NCBI GenBank assembly: GCA_025558095.1
Contig: JAIVFI010000002.1
Coordinates: forward strand, 1,054,001-1,118,000
Direction: 5' to 3'
DNA length: 64,000 nucleotides
From: Hyaloraphidium curvatum SAG 235-1
Taxonomy: Eukaryota > Fungi > Monoblepharomycota
Positions 12,012 to 23,100 of the stretch are shown here, in pieces; within the stretch, counting starts at the first letter, position 1, and the number at the start of each line of letters is the position of its first letter. The position numbers and the translations under genes were made by a program. Below the pieces are notes generated by a model that ran no database searches, had not been told where the DNA came from, and saw nothing but the letters and a program-made list of their open reading frames with translations.

Positions 12012-14131
12012 TCACTCCACCATTTGCTCCCCCTCGCTCGCCGTCACCGCCTCCTCGTCCCCGTCGCCGTCCTGCTCCACCCAGATCTCTTCCAGCTCCG
12101 CCAGCACCGTCACCACGCGCTCCTTCATCTTGTTCCACTTGGAGATCCTCGAGTTCGGGTTCTCGTAGTCGAGCAGCTCCGTGTGTGGAATCTTATGCGG
12201 CATTAGACCTCGCCAAAAGCGCCGAACAGCACGAGACCCACCATCGGATTCACGCCCGACACCCACTTGCGCTCCTTCTTCATCCGGTCGAACACGTTCT
12301 TCCGCCGCCGCTTGGTCGGCGTGCCGCCGGGGCTCGGCTTGGCCTCCTTCTCCTTGCCCTTGCCCTCCTCGGCCGCCGCCTCGGACCGGCGCTTGCTGAA
12401 CCTCGCCACCCTCTCCCCGCCGTCCTCGCGCTCCTCCTCCTCCGCATCCGCGCCGTCCTGCTCCTTGAGCTTCTCCGCCCGCCGCTGCTGCACCGGGTCC
12501 GCGCGGGGATCGGTCAGCGGCTTGGGCGCTTTCGCCGCGTGCTTCGACGGGGTCGCCAGCGGGGCCCTCTTTGGCTGCGGCTGCTGCTCCTCCTCAGCCT
12601 CGTCCTCGGACGATTCGGAATCGGCTTCCGGTGCGGGCGCCTTGGCCGGATCGGCGGCCTCCTTGCCCTTGCCCTTCTTCTTTGCTTCCTGGTCCCTCTC
12701 GGCCGCGCGCTGCACGGCACGAAGCACGCGGGCGACCTTGCCCTCGTTCTGGAGCTGCTCGAAGCTCTGGTTGACGAGCTTGCTCGAAGGGTGGATGCCC
12801 TTGGGCGGCAGACACTGGATCACTTTGGCGGCCGTGAAGTTTTTCTGTTCCGAAGCAGGAGCGCCGAGGTCAATCAAACAGCAGGCCGGGAAACGGACGC
12901 ATGACCCACCCCTCTGGCAACGGACAGCGCCCTGACCGCGCCCGCCACAACAGCCGGGCCCCTAGTCCACCTTCGCCTCGCGGCTTCCGTTCCCTGGGAC
13001 AACGACTCGGCGTACGCATCCAAGACCGCTTCCAGGTCGCCGCGCCACTCGGGCAGCCCGAGCTTGTTGAGCAGCGCCGAAATGTCGGACGGCGTGAGGT
13101 GCACCGCGCCGTCGTCCGCGGCAGGGGAGCCGAGAGCCCGCGAAGCCGACGCCGGGGGCAGGTCGAGGTAGGAGAGGAGCTCCGCGCAGTGCTGCTTGAA
13201 GAGGTTGCGCTGCCCGGCTGCACCGCCCTTGGTGGGGAGCTGGGATTGGGCGATGAGCTCGTTGAGGTACTCGTTGTTCTCGCCGACGCTGAGGGACGGG
13301 GTGATCAGGCAGACGTTATGGCGGAAACACAGACGATACGAACATCTGGCAGGCGAGGTCGATGCAGCCGGCCTCGGGAAACCCAATAGGGGGAAACAGG
13401 TGGTTCAAGCCCCGCGACCGTCGCGACTGATAGCGGTCATAGAGGGACCTGGCCTTGTTCTGCACAGCCTCCGAAAGCGTACCGTTCAGGCCGAGACGGG
13501 TAATCAGGCTGACGGTCGCGTGCGTCGGGGTCCGGTTGCGCAGGTTCGCGATGCTGGTCGGCGTCGTCGCCCCATGCCGGCCAGTCGGCGTCTTTACGGG
13601 CGTCGGGTTCGATGACCTCGTCCGCGGCTTGCTTGGCGTCTCTGCGCCGTCGTCGTCCTCCGAGTCCTTTCCTTCTTCAGCGGGATCTGCCTGCCGCACC
13701 TTCGCTCCCTCGGCGAAGCGGACGCTCCGCGGCGTTGCCTCGGCCGGTTCCGCGCCGTGCCTTTTCAGCACCCCCTTGCCGGCAGGAGACGCCTGCGGGC
13801 CCTGAGACTGCAGCGTCAAGGCCGTCGACGGGGTGTGCGGAAGCGCGGCGCGGATCCTCGCGGCCGAGGGTGTGTCCGGCCGGCCCGCCGCGGAATCGCC
13901 GGCAGGCGAAATGCGCGGCCGCTTCCGCGGCGAGTACTGCGCGGCCTCGTCGTCCGAGTCGGCGGCGGCGGTCGGCAGGGGCGGCGTCGACGCATGCGGC
14001 GGTGGGCCGGGCGAAGGGCGGCCCGACACGGGCGCCGACTGCGCGCCGCCGACATTGCGCTTCCGACGTGTGAGCTTAACCGCCTTCGGGCCCGCCGAAC
14101 GAATGTTTGTCGACGGCCCTTGTCCGAGCAT
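12012..14131 (-). CDS. Origin recognition complex subunit 6-like (spliced)
   Basis: Disordered TP/SP-rich N-terminus, cyclin/TFIIB-like segment ITRLGL..SEAVQNKARSLY...AGCIDLAC, and C-terminal GVNPMIP..DY....KWNKMKERV matching the ORC6 terminal motif. Several introns. Confidence 0.55.
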
Positions 14132-14436
14132 CGCGGAGAGGGCCTAAGTGGAGAAAGGCGCGACCGCGGTCCCGCAGTCTTCAGTCGGGGCGACGCGACG
14201 GGTCCTCCGCAGCGCACTCTAATCCAAAAGGACTCAGCACTGTTGATGTGCTGAAGGAGCCCTCGGGCCCAAGAAAGAAGGGAGGAGCGGTGGGTAGAAG
14301 AGAATTCGGAGATCCGGGAGCTTCATCAATTCAATTTCATGGATGCCGCAACGTTTCGCGGTGCTGCGGAGCAGGAGAATCTACATTGGATTGCAATCAA
14401 GCTGTAGCTATTAGACTGTGCCCGGAACCATCTCAA

Positions 14437-15313
14437 TCAGATGTTGGTGCCGGCCACTTCGCGGAGTCTGTCGAGATTGAGCACACGAGCACCATCCAGG
14501 GCGCCGAAGGCGCGGCGCACCTCCTTGAAACGGTTCGCCGGAAACGCGGACAGCTCGAACCTCTCAAACGTCAGCCTTCGAAGGTTGGGCGGCAGCTGTA
14601 TGCCACGCAGGTCGGCCATGCTGGCATTGTAGCGAGTGAGCCTCCAGCCCGTGCACGCTGCGCAGCTCCGGCATAATCGGCCAAGCGCTCGCGAAATCCG
14701 TGCCCGGATCGAAGCTAATTTCCCTCGCTCTGAAGTGGCCGCTGCGAATGAGGATGGGGAGATCGCTTCCTTTCGAACACCAGCTGAGGGTTGTACAGGG
14801 TATTTTCGAGGAGCCTTGGGGAAAAACTCTCCAAGTGTTTAGCGTCGCAACGACGAAGTCCAAATGAGCTTCCTCGAGACAGGATTCCTCCACTCTGTGA
14901 AGGAAGTGGATACTAAAGTTGCCCGACAGAGAGATCCTCGTGAGGGCTGGGAGCTCTGGGAAGTCCATGGCATCTAGAACCGCAAGCAAACTGTCACGGA
15001 GGCTCAAACGCTGCAGGAGCGTGAACTCGGTTTTGGCGAAAGCTTTGACGGCGTCTTCGGAGGACGACGTGACCCGCATTTCCATCACGCGCGGAAACCT
15101 TCCGAGGGCGTGCCCGATCAGCCGGCGGTGGACCTTCCTGCTTTCCGCGACCCTGTACAATTGGCCATTCGAGTCCAGATCCAGGTCCCTGACGAGGCGA
15201 AGAGCGCCGCCCTTTTCGAGGCCCCGACGCACCTCCTTGGCGCGCCTCTCGCCCAGCGGGGTGATCCAAGAGAGGCAAAAAGACGAGTAGCGAGGTTCTG
15301 ACGCGCTCTGCAT
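14437..15313 (-). pseudogene. LRR-like hypothetical protein, frameshifted
   Basis: LVRDLDL, LLQRLSL, LPALTRISL and LPPNLRRLTF repeats are split over frames 14564-15313 and 14437-14619. Confidence 0.4.
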
Positions 15314-15923
15314 TGCTGCCGAAGGCCAGTTTGAAGATTTTGCGCGGTTGTGTCTTCGAGCACCAGAATTCGAAGTCCCGAGAGGTGCTAGGCGGCGTCC
15401 GGAGACTCCGGACCGGCGCCGGGCGCGGAAACACGCGCGCCTTCGAAAAGACCGCTGGGGAACGCGGGGCCCTGGTAGGAACCGCCGGCGCGCCCGGCCC
15501 CCCGGCGCGCGAGCGAGCGTCGCTGGCTGACTGGCTGGCTCCTGGCAGTGTACTCGAATCGAACAGGCGACACAGACTGCTTCATGCTTCCACTGGCGTC
15601 GTCCGCTAATGAGACAATGAATTCCTGGACGGCGTTTTAGATGATGGATTCCCTTTCCGCATTGCTCGATCCATCCGTCCCGGTCTGCCTCACTTTGCCT
15701 CGGCTGGCACTACCGAAAACCGGCATCATTGAGCGGGTGACACTGGCCCTTCAAATCTACAAAGGCCAGGTAATTATCCGGTTGCCCCGATTGAGGTGCT
15801 GTGTGAAGGTTGCGGAGAACGTGGGAACATTCCAAGGGGAAATTCGGGGATTTCCGCCATCAGCGCCAGCAGCCGCCCGGCCGCGGCCGAAACCAGCCCC
15901 GCCCCGCCGACGACCCCGCCCCA

Positions 15924-17593
15924 ATGAGTACGGGGACCTGGGGCTCCTCGCGGACCCTCCCGTCGCCTCATGCCTCCGGTCCGTTCCGCTTCACCAGCTC
16001 GGAGTGGGCGGCGCTCTTCCCCGCCGGCCCCGCTCCGCCGCAGACCCTTTCGTTGGCGTCCGCATCGCCGCCGGCCCGGCCGCGCCCGGAGCCGCTGACG
16101 CGGGCCGCCATGCTTGCGGCCCTGGAGCCCGCGCCGGTCCTGCGAGCGGTGGCCGCGGCGCAACTCGCGCTGGGACCCTGGTCGGCCCGTTTACTCATGC
16201 CAGTGAATCTCGGATCGGCCGTCTCGATGTTGTCCATGCTGGCGCCGCTGTGGGTGTTTGGAGCTGGCACATTCGGAACAAAAGACCTCGCGGCCTGTAG
16301 GTGGCCGCAACTTTGTTCCCGCCGAGCCGCCCGATGACCGTCCCACAGTATCGGCCACGTGCGTCTGGAGCTGCATCGGCATGCCAATGCTACTCATCAT
16401 CCGCGGCACCTCGGTCAAGTCCCGCGCGGCACCGGAGCCCGATGACGCGCTCTCGGTCGCCAGCTTGCCGAGGTCTGGAACGGGGGAGCCTGCGCTGGAT
16501 GACCACGTTCTTGCTGGCGTGGCGCGGTACTACCACCTCGCCCGCATGGACAGCGACTACAGGAAATCCCATGAGGAACACAAGGATGATCCAGAGCACG
16601 GTCATGGCACAGGGTTTTCCCGCCGGAACGAGGGCACGAGCCTGCTGCTGGCCCACGAGCCTGACGACGAACTTTGCCCGTGCCCACTCCCTTCGTGCGC
16701 CGGCTCTCGCGTCGCTTCGGCGGGCATCATCTGCATCGTCGAGGCGACCGTTCGCGCCATTTGGATGCTGCTCATGCTTTCTCTGATCCTGAACTGGACC
16801 GCATTCTGGACCTTTGCATCCCAGAACTGGTACACCTGGTGGTCCTGCATCCTCTCGATCGCCAACGTAGCTGTGCAGCTCCTGCTCGCCGTGCTCAAGG
16901 AGTACGGCACGGTATGGAGCAACGCCAGAATCCTCGGCTTGCACGAGAGGCTCCACCGCCGCGCCGTTTACCTCGCCCTGTCCACCTTCCTGCAGCGGCA
17001 CCGCGACGCCCTGCAGTACCCGGACATGGATCAGCCCGAGCCCGCTGGGCCCGAACCGTACCAGGAGCTGCACGCGAACCTCGCTTCGATCTGGCGCGGC
17101 CGCATTCCGTACATCGCCGACAACATGTACTTCTGATACCCTCGTCTTCACCGTCAACGGCGTATCGGCCGTGATCCTGGCCAGCACTGGCCTGTGCATT
17201 CCCCTCTGGCTCATCCTCCACCTCTCGCACGGCTTCCTCAGCCTGCTCGTGGACCTGGTCAACCTCAGCGTCTCGAACCACCAGATCAGCGCAGTGACCA
17301 ACCTTTACCACGATGCCATCCGCGAGATCCGCGAAACTGTGGCCAGTGGGCGCCGGACCGCCTGCCCCGCGCGCAAGGAGATCCTGGAATCGCTGCGCGA
17401 CCACGGCGCTGTGCTGCGGTCGTACCTCGAGGTGGACCGCTATCGGGCGAGGGTGTTTGGGGTGCCGGTGGACTTCGCGCTCGTGCGGACGCTGTTCATG
17501 GCGACGGTGACTTTGGGTGTTGGGTTGTGGACGGTGCTCAGGGGGAGCGGGCTGTACGTGACCGTCGAGACAGCGTGCCCTGCGGCGGGGTGA
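15924..17593 (+). CDS. 7-TM DUF3537/GRL-like paralog 2 (one intron, one apparent frameshift)
   Basis: SEWAALFP, intron 16297-16348, LLAHEPDDELCPCPLPSC, RLHRRAV, C-terminal LRSYL...VFGVPVDFALVRTLFMATVTLGVGLWTVLRG. Frame break near 17134. Confidence 0.7.
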
Positions 17594-17660
17594 GCCGCCT
17601 GTTTATTGGATGCGATGAAGTGCAATGAAACCATTCATTCTCGAGACAGATTACAACGCT

Positions 17661-19016
17661 TCAGGCGACGAGCTCCTTGGAGAGCCTGGGCACGATCTCC
17701 CCCTCGATCGCCGCGATCTCGACCTCCAGCGCGTGCACTTTGGCGCCCAGCTCCGGGTGGTTTGCGTCCGCCTGTTGCGCCTCGAGCAGGGCGTTCCGAG
17801 CTTGGGCTCTGCTGAACTTCGCGGCCGCCAGCTGCTTCTGAGCGGCCCCGAGAGCGCGGTAGGCCGCCACCCTCCTCGCCGCCCTGATCTGGTCCTCCTC
17901 GGGGTTGGCGACCGGCGGGTCGACCGCGACGGCCGACTGCTGTGCGAGGGAGGCGTTCGCGGGGGCCACCGAGCCGCCGTAGGGGCAGCTGGAGCCGTCG
18001 GGGCTCCAGTAGGTGATCACGGCGTAGCCTGCGTTCCCGCCGTAGCCCGAAGGGAGGACGCTGTAGCCCCTCGAGTTCATGGGGGCACCTTGCCCTGCGG
18101 CCGCCGGCGGGTTGATGGTCCAGGTGGGTGCCATCGAGGCAGCACCGAGCTGAGCTGGGGATTCGAGGCCGTCCTGCGCGAACACGCCGTCGCCCGCATC
18201 GCTTCCTCCGGCGCCGCCATAGAACCTGGTCGCCGGCGAGCCCTGGTTGTCCATGGTGTCGCCCCCGCCCTGGCCGCCGCCCGAGCCGTAGCCGGCCCCG
18301 CCGCCAGCGGCCATGTTCCATTGCGAGCCGCCCGTGTTGCTGTTGCCGGGGAGCCCGCCCTGCTCGTTGAGCGAGCCGCCCTTCCCGCCCACGTCCGGCT
18401 GGCCCGGGGTCGCGCCGTCGCCCGCTGCACCGGCCTGCATGGGGCCGTCGGCCTCGCCGCCCCCGCTGATGCCGTGGCCGAAGGCGCTCGCGTCGCTGCC
18501 GCCTCCGCCGCCAATGGCTCCGGCCCCGCCGCCTCCGCCCGCGCCGACGTCGCCGCTGGCCCCGGGCGGCCTGTAGTCCGTTTGCGCCGAGGCCCCTCCG
18601 CCTCCGCCCCCGACCTTGACGACGATGTCGTCCCCGGGCAGCGCGGTGAAGGCGAGCGTGACGCGGCCGCCGTCGCCGCCCACGGTGTCCGGCATCGCGT
18701 TGGCTCCGTCGCCGCCCCACGCGTAGAACCGGTTCTGGCCGACGGTGATGGCCGTCGAGCCGCCTCCTCCGCCTCCTCCGCGCTTGGTCCCCGACCCGCC
18801 GCCGCCTCCAACGAGGGTGACGTTGAACGGGAGCGGCGCGGCCGAGGCCGGGAGGGCCACGTTGAATGTGGTGACGACGTTGTTGATGCAAAGGACGCCC
18901 TGTTGCTGGGCGGCTGCCGGGGTTGCCAGGGCGAGGCCGGCCACGAGGGCGGCGGCGATCGAGGCCACGGAGCGGCGGCGGTGGGAGACGTTGGAGTTGG
19001 TTGCGGTTGGCGACAT
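17661..19016 (-). CDS. Secreted glycine-rich (polyglycine-II bundle-like) protein A with C-terminal coiled coil
   Basis: Signal peptide ending PAAA-Q. Pattern FNVTLVGGGGG...LPGD.IVVKVGGGGG...GYGGNAGYAVITYWSPDGSSC, then a helical tail. Confidence 0.85.
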   Translation of the reverse strand: MSPTATNSNVSHRRRSVASIAAALVAGLALATPAAAQQQGVLCINNVVTTFNVALPASAAPLPFNVTLVGGGGGSGTKRGGGGGGGSTAITVGQNRFYAWGGDGANAMPDTVGGDGGRVTLAFTALPGDDIVVKVGGGGGGASAQTDYRPPGASGDVGAGGGGGAGAIGGGGGSDASAFGHGISGGGEADGPMQAGAAGDGATPGQPDVGGKGGSLNEQGGLPGNSNTGGSQWNMAAGGGAGYGSGGGQGGGDTMDNQGSPATRFYGGAGGSDAGDGVFAQDGLESPAQLGAASMAPTWTINPPAAAGQGAPMNSRGYSVLPSGYGGNAGYAVITYWSPDGSSCPYGGSVAPANASLAQQSAVAVDPPVANPEEDQIRAARRVAAYRALGAAQKQLAAAKFSRAQARNALLEAQQADANHPELGAKVHALEVEIAAIEGEIVPRLSKELVA

Positions 19017-19113
19017 GTCGCGTTTCGGAATGGGATGAATCGTCGGTATTGGCAAAGTCAACGGGTTCTTTGTGACTGCGCGTGATTCCTGCTGCTCCGA
19101 GCCATCGCGGAGC

Positions 19114-19290
19114 TATATATCCTTGTCTCCCGGGTTTTAGAGCGCGCTGTTCGGGAAGCGAGGCGGAGCGGGCTGTGCCAAGGGATTGGATTACCCCGGC
19201 GAGTGCTCGCCAGAACCGTCGCGAGAACTGCTCCGAAACGTGCAATGCTCCGCCGCCGCCACCTCCAAAACCCGCACGACGCGTATATAA
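19114..19290. promoter_or_regulatory. Divergent promoter with two TATA-like boxes
   Basis: TATATAT at 19114-19120 and TATATAA at 19284-19290, about 100-125 bp upstream of the genes A and B start codons in a GC-rich background. Confidence 0.55.
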
Positions 19291-19413
19291 TGGCGCCGGG
19301 TGCAGGGGGCCCCATCACCAGCGCCAACGGACACACAGAGCAACCCAGCTACTCTCTCCGATTCTCGCTCGACTCCAACTCCAACCTTCTCATACATACT
19401 TCACTCCGATAAA

Positions 19414-20403
19414 ATGTCGACCGACACGCGCCGCAACGCGTCCCCCCTCCGCGCCCTGGCGCTTGGCCTCGCCGGCCTCGCCCTCATCGGCACCGCCGCG
19501 GCCGCGCCGCTCGCGGCCCGCCAGGCAAAGACCTGCACGACGGACATCCGCACGTACCTCGCCCGGCCCAACCCCTACAACGCGGACTTCTCCCTCGCCT
19601 TCACCCTCGTCGGCGCCGGCGGCGGGGCCGGAGGCAGCCACGGATCGGGAGGCGGCGGCGGGTCGACCGCCATCGCCGTGTCGTCGGATCCGACCGACAC
19701 CGACGGCAAGTCGGGATCGCGGCGCTACGCCGCCGGCGGGACCGGGGGCAAGAGCGCGTCGGGCGACAACCCCGGGGCCAACGGCGCCGTGGTCAAGGGC
19801 ACAATCACCCTCTCGGCGGGACAGTACCTCTTCGTCAAGGTCGGAGGCGGTGGCGGTGCGGGCGGCGGGTGGAGCAAGGACAATGCCGGCGGCGGCGGCG
19901 GCTCGGGTGCATACGGTGGCGGCGGGGGCTCGACCGGGAAGAACGGGGGCAACGGCGGGGAGGGCGGCAACGGAGAGTTCCACGGCGGCAACGGCGGCTC
20001 GGGCGACGCCTCGAACGGCGGCTTCGAGAAGGGCGGCTACGGCGCACCCGGCGTGGGCACGGGCGGGCAGGGCGCGACCGGCAACTACTCGCAAGCCTCG
20101 TTCGCCTACGCCTACGGCGGCTCGGGCGGGGGCTTCGGCTCGGGAGGCGGTTGCGGCACGCCCAGCGGCACCAAGGGCGCCAAGCAGGGCATGCCCGGCG
20201 GGTCCTTTGGCACGGACGGCGGGTCGTACTTTTACCCCTCGGTGCTGCTCGGCGGCAAGGGGGCGCTGAGCTTCGTCTCCACGGGCTCGCTGGATGCGCC
20301 GGCCGATGCGGGCAAGGGCGCGCTGAAGGGCGGCTACGGGGGGAACGCCGGGTACGCCATCGTCCAGTACGCCTCGCCGGACGGTGTCAGCTGCCTGCTG
20401 TAA
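19414..20403 (+). CDS. Secreted glycine-rich protein B
   Basis: Signal peptide. FTLVGAGGG...LFVKVGGGGG...GYGGNAGYAIVQYASPDGVSCLL*. Confidence 0.85.
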   Translation: MSTDTRRNASPLRALALGLAGLALIGTAAAAPLAARQAKTCTTDIRTYLARPNPYNADFSLAFTLVGAGGGAGGSHGSGGGGGSTAIAVSSDPTDTDGKSGSRRYAAGGTGGKSASGDNPGANGAVVKGTITLSAGQYLFVKVGGGGGAGGGWSKDNAGGGGGSGAYGGGGGSTGKNGGNGGEGGNGEFHGGNGGSGDASNGGFEKGGYGAPGVGTGGQGATGNYSQASFAYAYGGSGGGFGSGGGCGTPSGTKGAKQGMPGGSFGTDGGSYFYPSVLLGGKGALSFVSTGSLDAPADAGKGALKGGYGGNAGYAIVQYASPDGVSCLL

Positions 20404-21028
20404 AGTGGCTCTCGAAATGGATAATTGCTTGAATGAGTCGATTGCCGTCCTTGATGCCCGGGGTCCATTTCCAATCATGTCTCCTGCAAATCACTCTGGT
20501 GGACGAAGCCGCCCCCAATCTTACCGCATCGTCCTCAATCTCGGGCTCCCGCCGTCCTCCAGATGGGCTTGCCCGAAATTCGGGTCCGCTCCGTCATTGA
20601 GGGACACCGATCTCTGGGGGTGGACGTCCGTCTTCATGAGGCAGACGACAGGCGGCCCGGGACTATGGCCGAGCCGGATAGGCGACCGCGAGCAGTTCCT
20701 GATGAGCTGGCTGATGCAAGCCTCGGAGTACATTTCTGGACCAACAGAGCTCCGTTCCCCATTTGCTCCGCCGAATCAAAGGTGCCTCTGCAGGTCCGAA
20801 AACCAATTGAATTCCCCCACGACACTGCCGTCACCGGGCGGCATTCCATCCGAGTCCGAATTTCATGAAGATGCGAAAAGTACAGGATCTCCGGGCATGG
20901 GATTCGCGCGTCATTGGGCCGTCAGAACTCCGAGCCCAGCCGGCTGTGCTGTGCGTGGCGAAGCAGAACCTTCCACCATCCCCGCCAGAACGCGATGCGC
21001 TCCAAATCTCCGACTTTACGCGGCGCCG

Positions 21029-21035
21029 TATATAT
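21029..21035 (+). promoter_or_regulatory. TATA-like box of gene C
   Basis: TATATAT about 115 bp upstream of ATG 21148. Confidence 0.45.
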
Positions 21036-21147
21036 GCGGTGCCTCTGCAGATGTCGGCGGCACCATCCTGCGACGACCTGAGCGGCACTCAGGCCACAGA
21101 GCGGACCTCCTTCTTCACCTCAATATCGAACCAACACCAACAACAAC

Positions 21148-22479
21148 ATGCCCAGCCGCGTCGCGCTCATCGCGCTCGCCGCGTCCTCCCTTCTCTTGGC
21201 CTCGCCCGCCGCGGCCTCCCAGCTCCTCTGCGTCAACAACATCCCCGTGCAGTTCTCGGCCACGCTGGACGCCTCGGCCGCGCCGCTGCCGTTCAACATC
21301 ACGCTCGTCGGCGGCGGCGGCGGCTCGGGCGCCGGAGGCGGCGCGGGAGGCGGCGGCGGATCGACGGCCGTCACGGTCGGCGGCAACCGATTCTATGCGT
21401 GGGGCGGCGACGGGGGGGCGGCGGCGCTCACCACGGGCAACGACGGCGGACGCGTCACCCTGGCATTCTACGCGCTGCCGGGAGACGTCGTCACCGTCAC
21501 GGTCGGCGGGGGCGGCGGCGGAGGGGCCGAGTACTACCCGGCGAACTTCTTCTCCCCCAACTCGGACCCATGCTCGCTCGGCGGGGGCGGAGGCGGCGGG
21601 GCCGGCTCCGTGGGGGGCGGCGGCGGCACCGCCAACGACCAGCACGCCGACCGCGGGGGCGGCGGCGGCGAGGCGAGCGGGCCCCTCGCATGGGGCGCCG
21701 CCGGCAAGGGCGCCATGCCCGGCAAGGCCGGCGTGGGCGGCACGGGCGCCCGCAACCTCGGCTTGCAGGTGCAGGGCGGCGTCGGAGGCAACAATCTCGC
21801 GGGCGGCTCCGTGGGCGGCCAGCTCGCCGCGGGCTGCGGAGGGGGCTTCGGAGGCGGCGGCGGCCAGGGCACGGGGCAGGCAACCAACAACCCGGATCCC
21901 TCCGGTTACGACCCCGTGTACGGCGGCGGCAACGGCGGATCGGCCGGGGCCAACGGGCAGCTGTTCAGCACGAACCTGCCGGCGCCGCAGCCCCAGCTCG
22001 GCGCCAACGCCTTCGTTCCCACCGGCACGATCAACCCCCCCGCCGCCGCCGGGCTCGGAGGCATCAAGTACAGCACGGGCGACTACCAGATCCCCATGCT
22101 CGTGCCCTCGGGCTACGGCGGCAACGCCGGGTACGCCGTCATGACCTACTGGAGCCCCGACGGCGCCTCGTGCCCCCTCGGCGGGTCGCCGCCCGCTTCC
22201 GGCGGGGGCTCGGCGCAGAACGCGATCGCCGTGGACCCGCCCGTGGAGCACCCGGAGCGGGACCAGATCGGGATGGGGAGGATGTCGGCCCGCGAGCGCG
22301 CCGAGGAGGACCTGGCCGGTGCCAAGGCGTACCAAGCCCAGCTCGAGGACGCGATCGCGAGGGCCGAGGCGGCGGGGCAGGACACCGCGGCGCTGCGCGC
22401 GCAGGCGGATCGGGTGCGGATGGCGATCGCCAAGCGCGAGATGCCGGCGGCGCACCTGTTCAGGCGGTGCATTCGGTGA
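21148..22479 (+). CDS. Secreted glycine-rich protein C with C-terminal helical tail
   Basis: Signal peptide; paralog of A (LCVNN, PLPFNITLVGGGGG, NRFYAWGG, GYGGNAGYAVMTYWSPDGASC, AVDPPV). Confidence 0.88.
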   Translation: MPSRVALIALAASSLLLASPAAASQLLCVNNIPVQFSATLDASAAPLPFNITLVGGGGGSGAGGGAGGGGGSTAVTVGGNRFYAWGGDGGAAALTTGNDGGRVTLAFYALPGDVVTVTVGGGGGGGAEYYPANFFSPNSDPCSLGGGGGGGAGSVGGGGGTANDQHADRGGGGGEASGPLAWGAAGKGAMPGKAGVGGTGARNLGLQVQGGVGGNNLAGGSVGGQLAAGCGGGFGGGGGQGTGQATNNPDPSGYDPVYGGGNGGSAGANGQLFSTNLPAPQPQLGANAFVPTGTINPPAAAGLGGIKYSTGDYQIPMLVPSGYGGNAGYAVMTYWSPDGASCPLGGSPPASGGGSAQNAIAVDPPVEHPERDQIGMGRMSARERAEEDLAGAKAYQAQLEDAIARAEAAGQDTAALRAQADRVRMAIAKREMPAAHLFRRCIR

Positions 22480-22514
22480 ACTGCTTTGCATAAATGAAAA
22501 CTCAGTTTGCCATC

Positions 22515-22718
22515 ACAATTGTTCCGACACGCCCTCATTCGCGCCGGTGCTGCGCGCGCGAAGACACCCCCCACGGTGCCAGCTGCAATAGACCTCTGCG
22601 TCTATTGATCCGCTGGCCCCTGTCTAACCCAGGCAACCTCCCGGTCTCGCCGGCACGAGTGGACCGTGCGAACCGTCGTCGGGCTCCGGTTAGCAAGGAG
22701 ACAATTGTTCCGACACGC
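22515..22718 (+). repeat. 18-bp direct repeat pair ACAATTGTTCCGACACGC
   Basis: Exact copies at 22515-22532 and 22701-22718. Confidence 0.8.
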
Positions 22719-23100
22719 GCAGCCTCGCTGCTGAAGCATCCAGTCCTTGAAGGTCAATCCGCGAGATATGATAGTATCCTTCTGAGTCTCTCCACGGGCA
22801 TTTGCAAACAGGGCCTCCCTGGAGCCCGCGCACATGCATCCACCGCCTGAGGTCACCTTTGCTTTGGACAACTTTGCCCGTACGCATCTTGATTGAGCTT
22901 GCGCTAACCCGCTCGGATTCGAACAGCAGCATCTCGTCGGACTCGGACAGCACACAAGTTTGCCAATGTTTCCATTGATCGTCCTTTTCGTTTACATTAG
23001 AGGTTCCCCCGTTGAAATCCCGTCCCGCCCCGATGTCAAGCCTAGTTACCCCTCGGCGCCATGATGAAAACTTGGTTGCGCTATGAAGCGCGGTCGCCGC

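Larger units (their letters stand above)
17635..22498. repeat. Left arm of large inverted repeat
   Basis: Reverse complement of 30458-35322; ORF coordinate pairs all sum to 52957. Confidence 0.97.
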
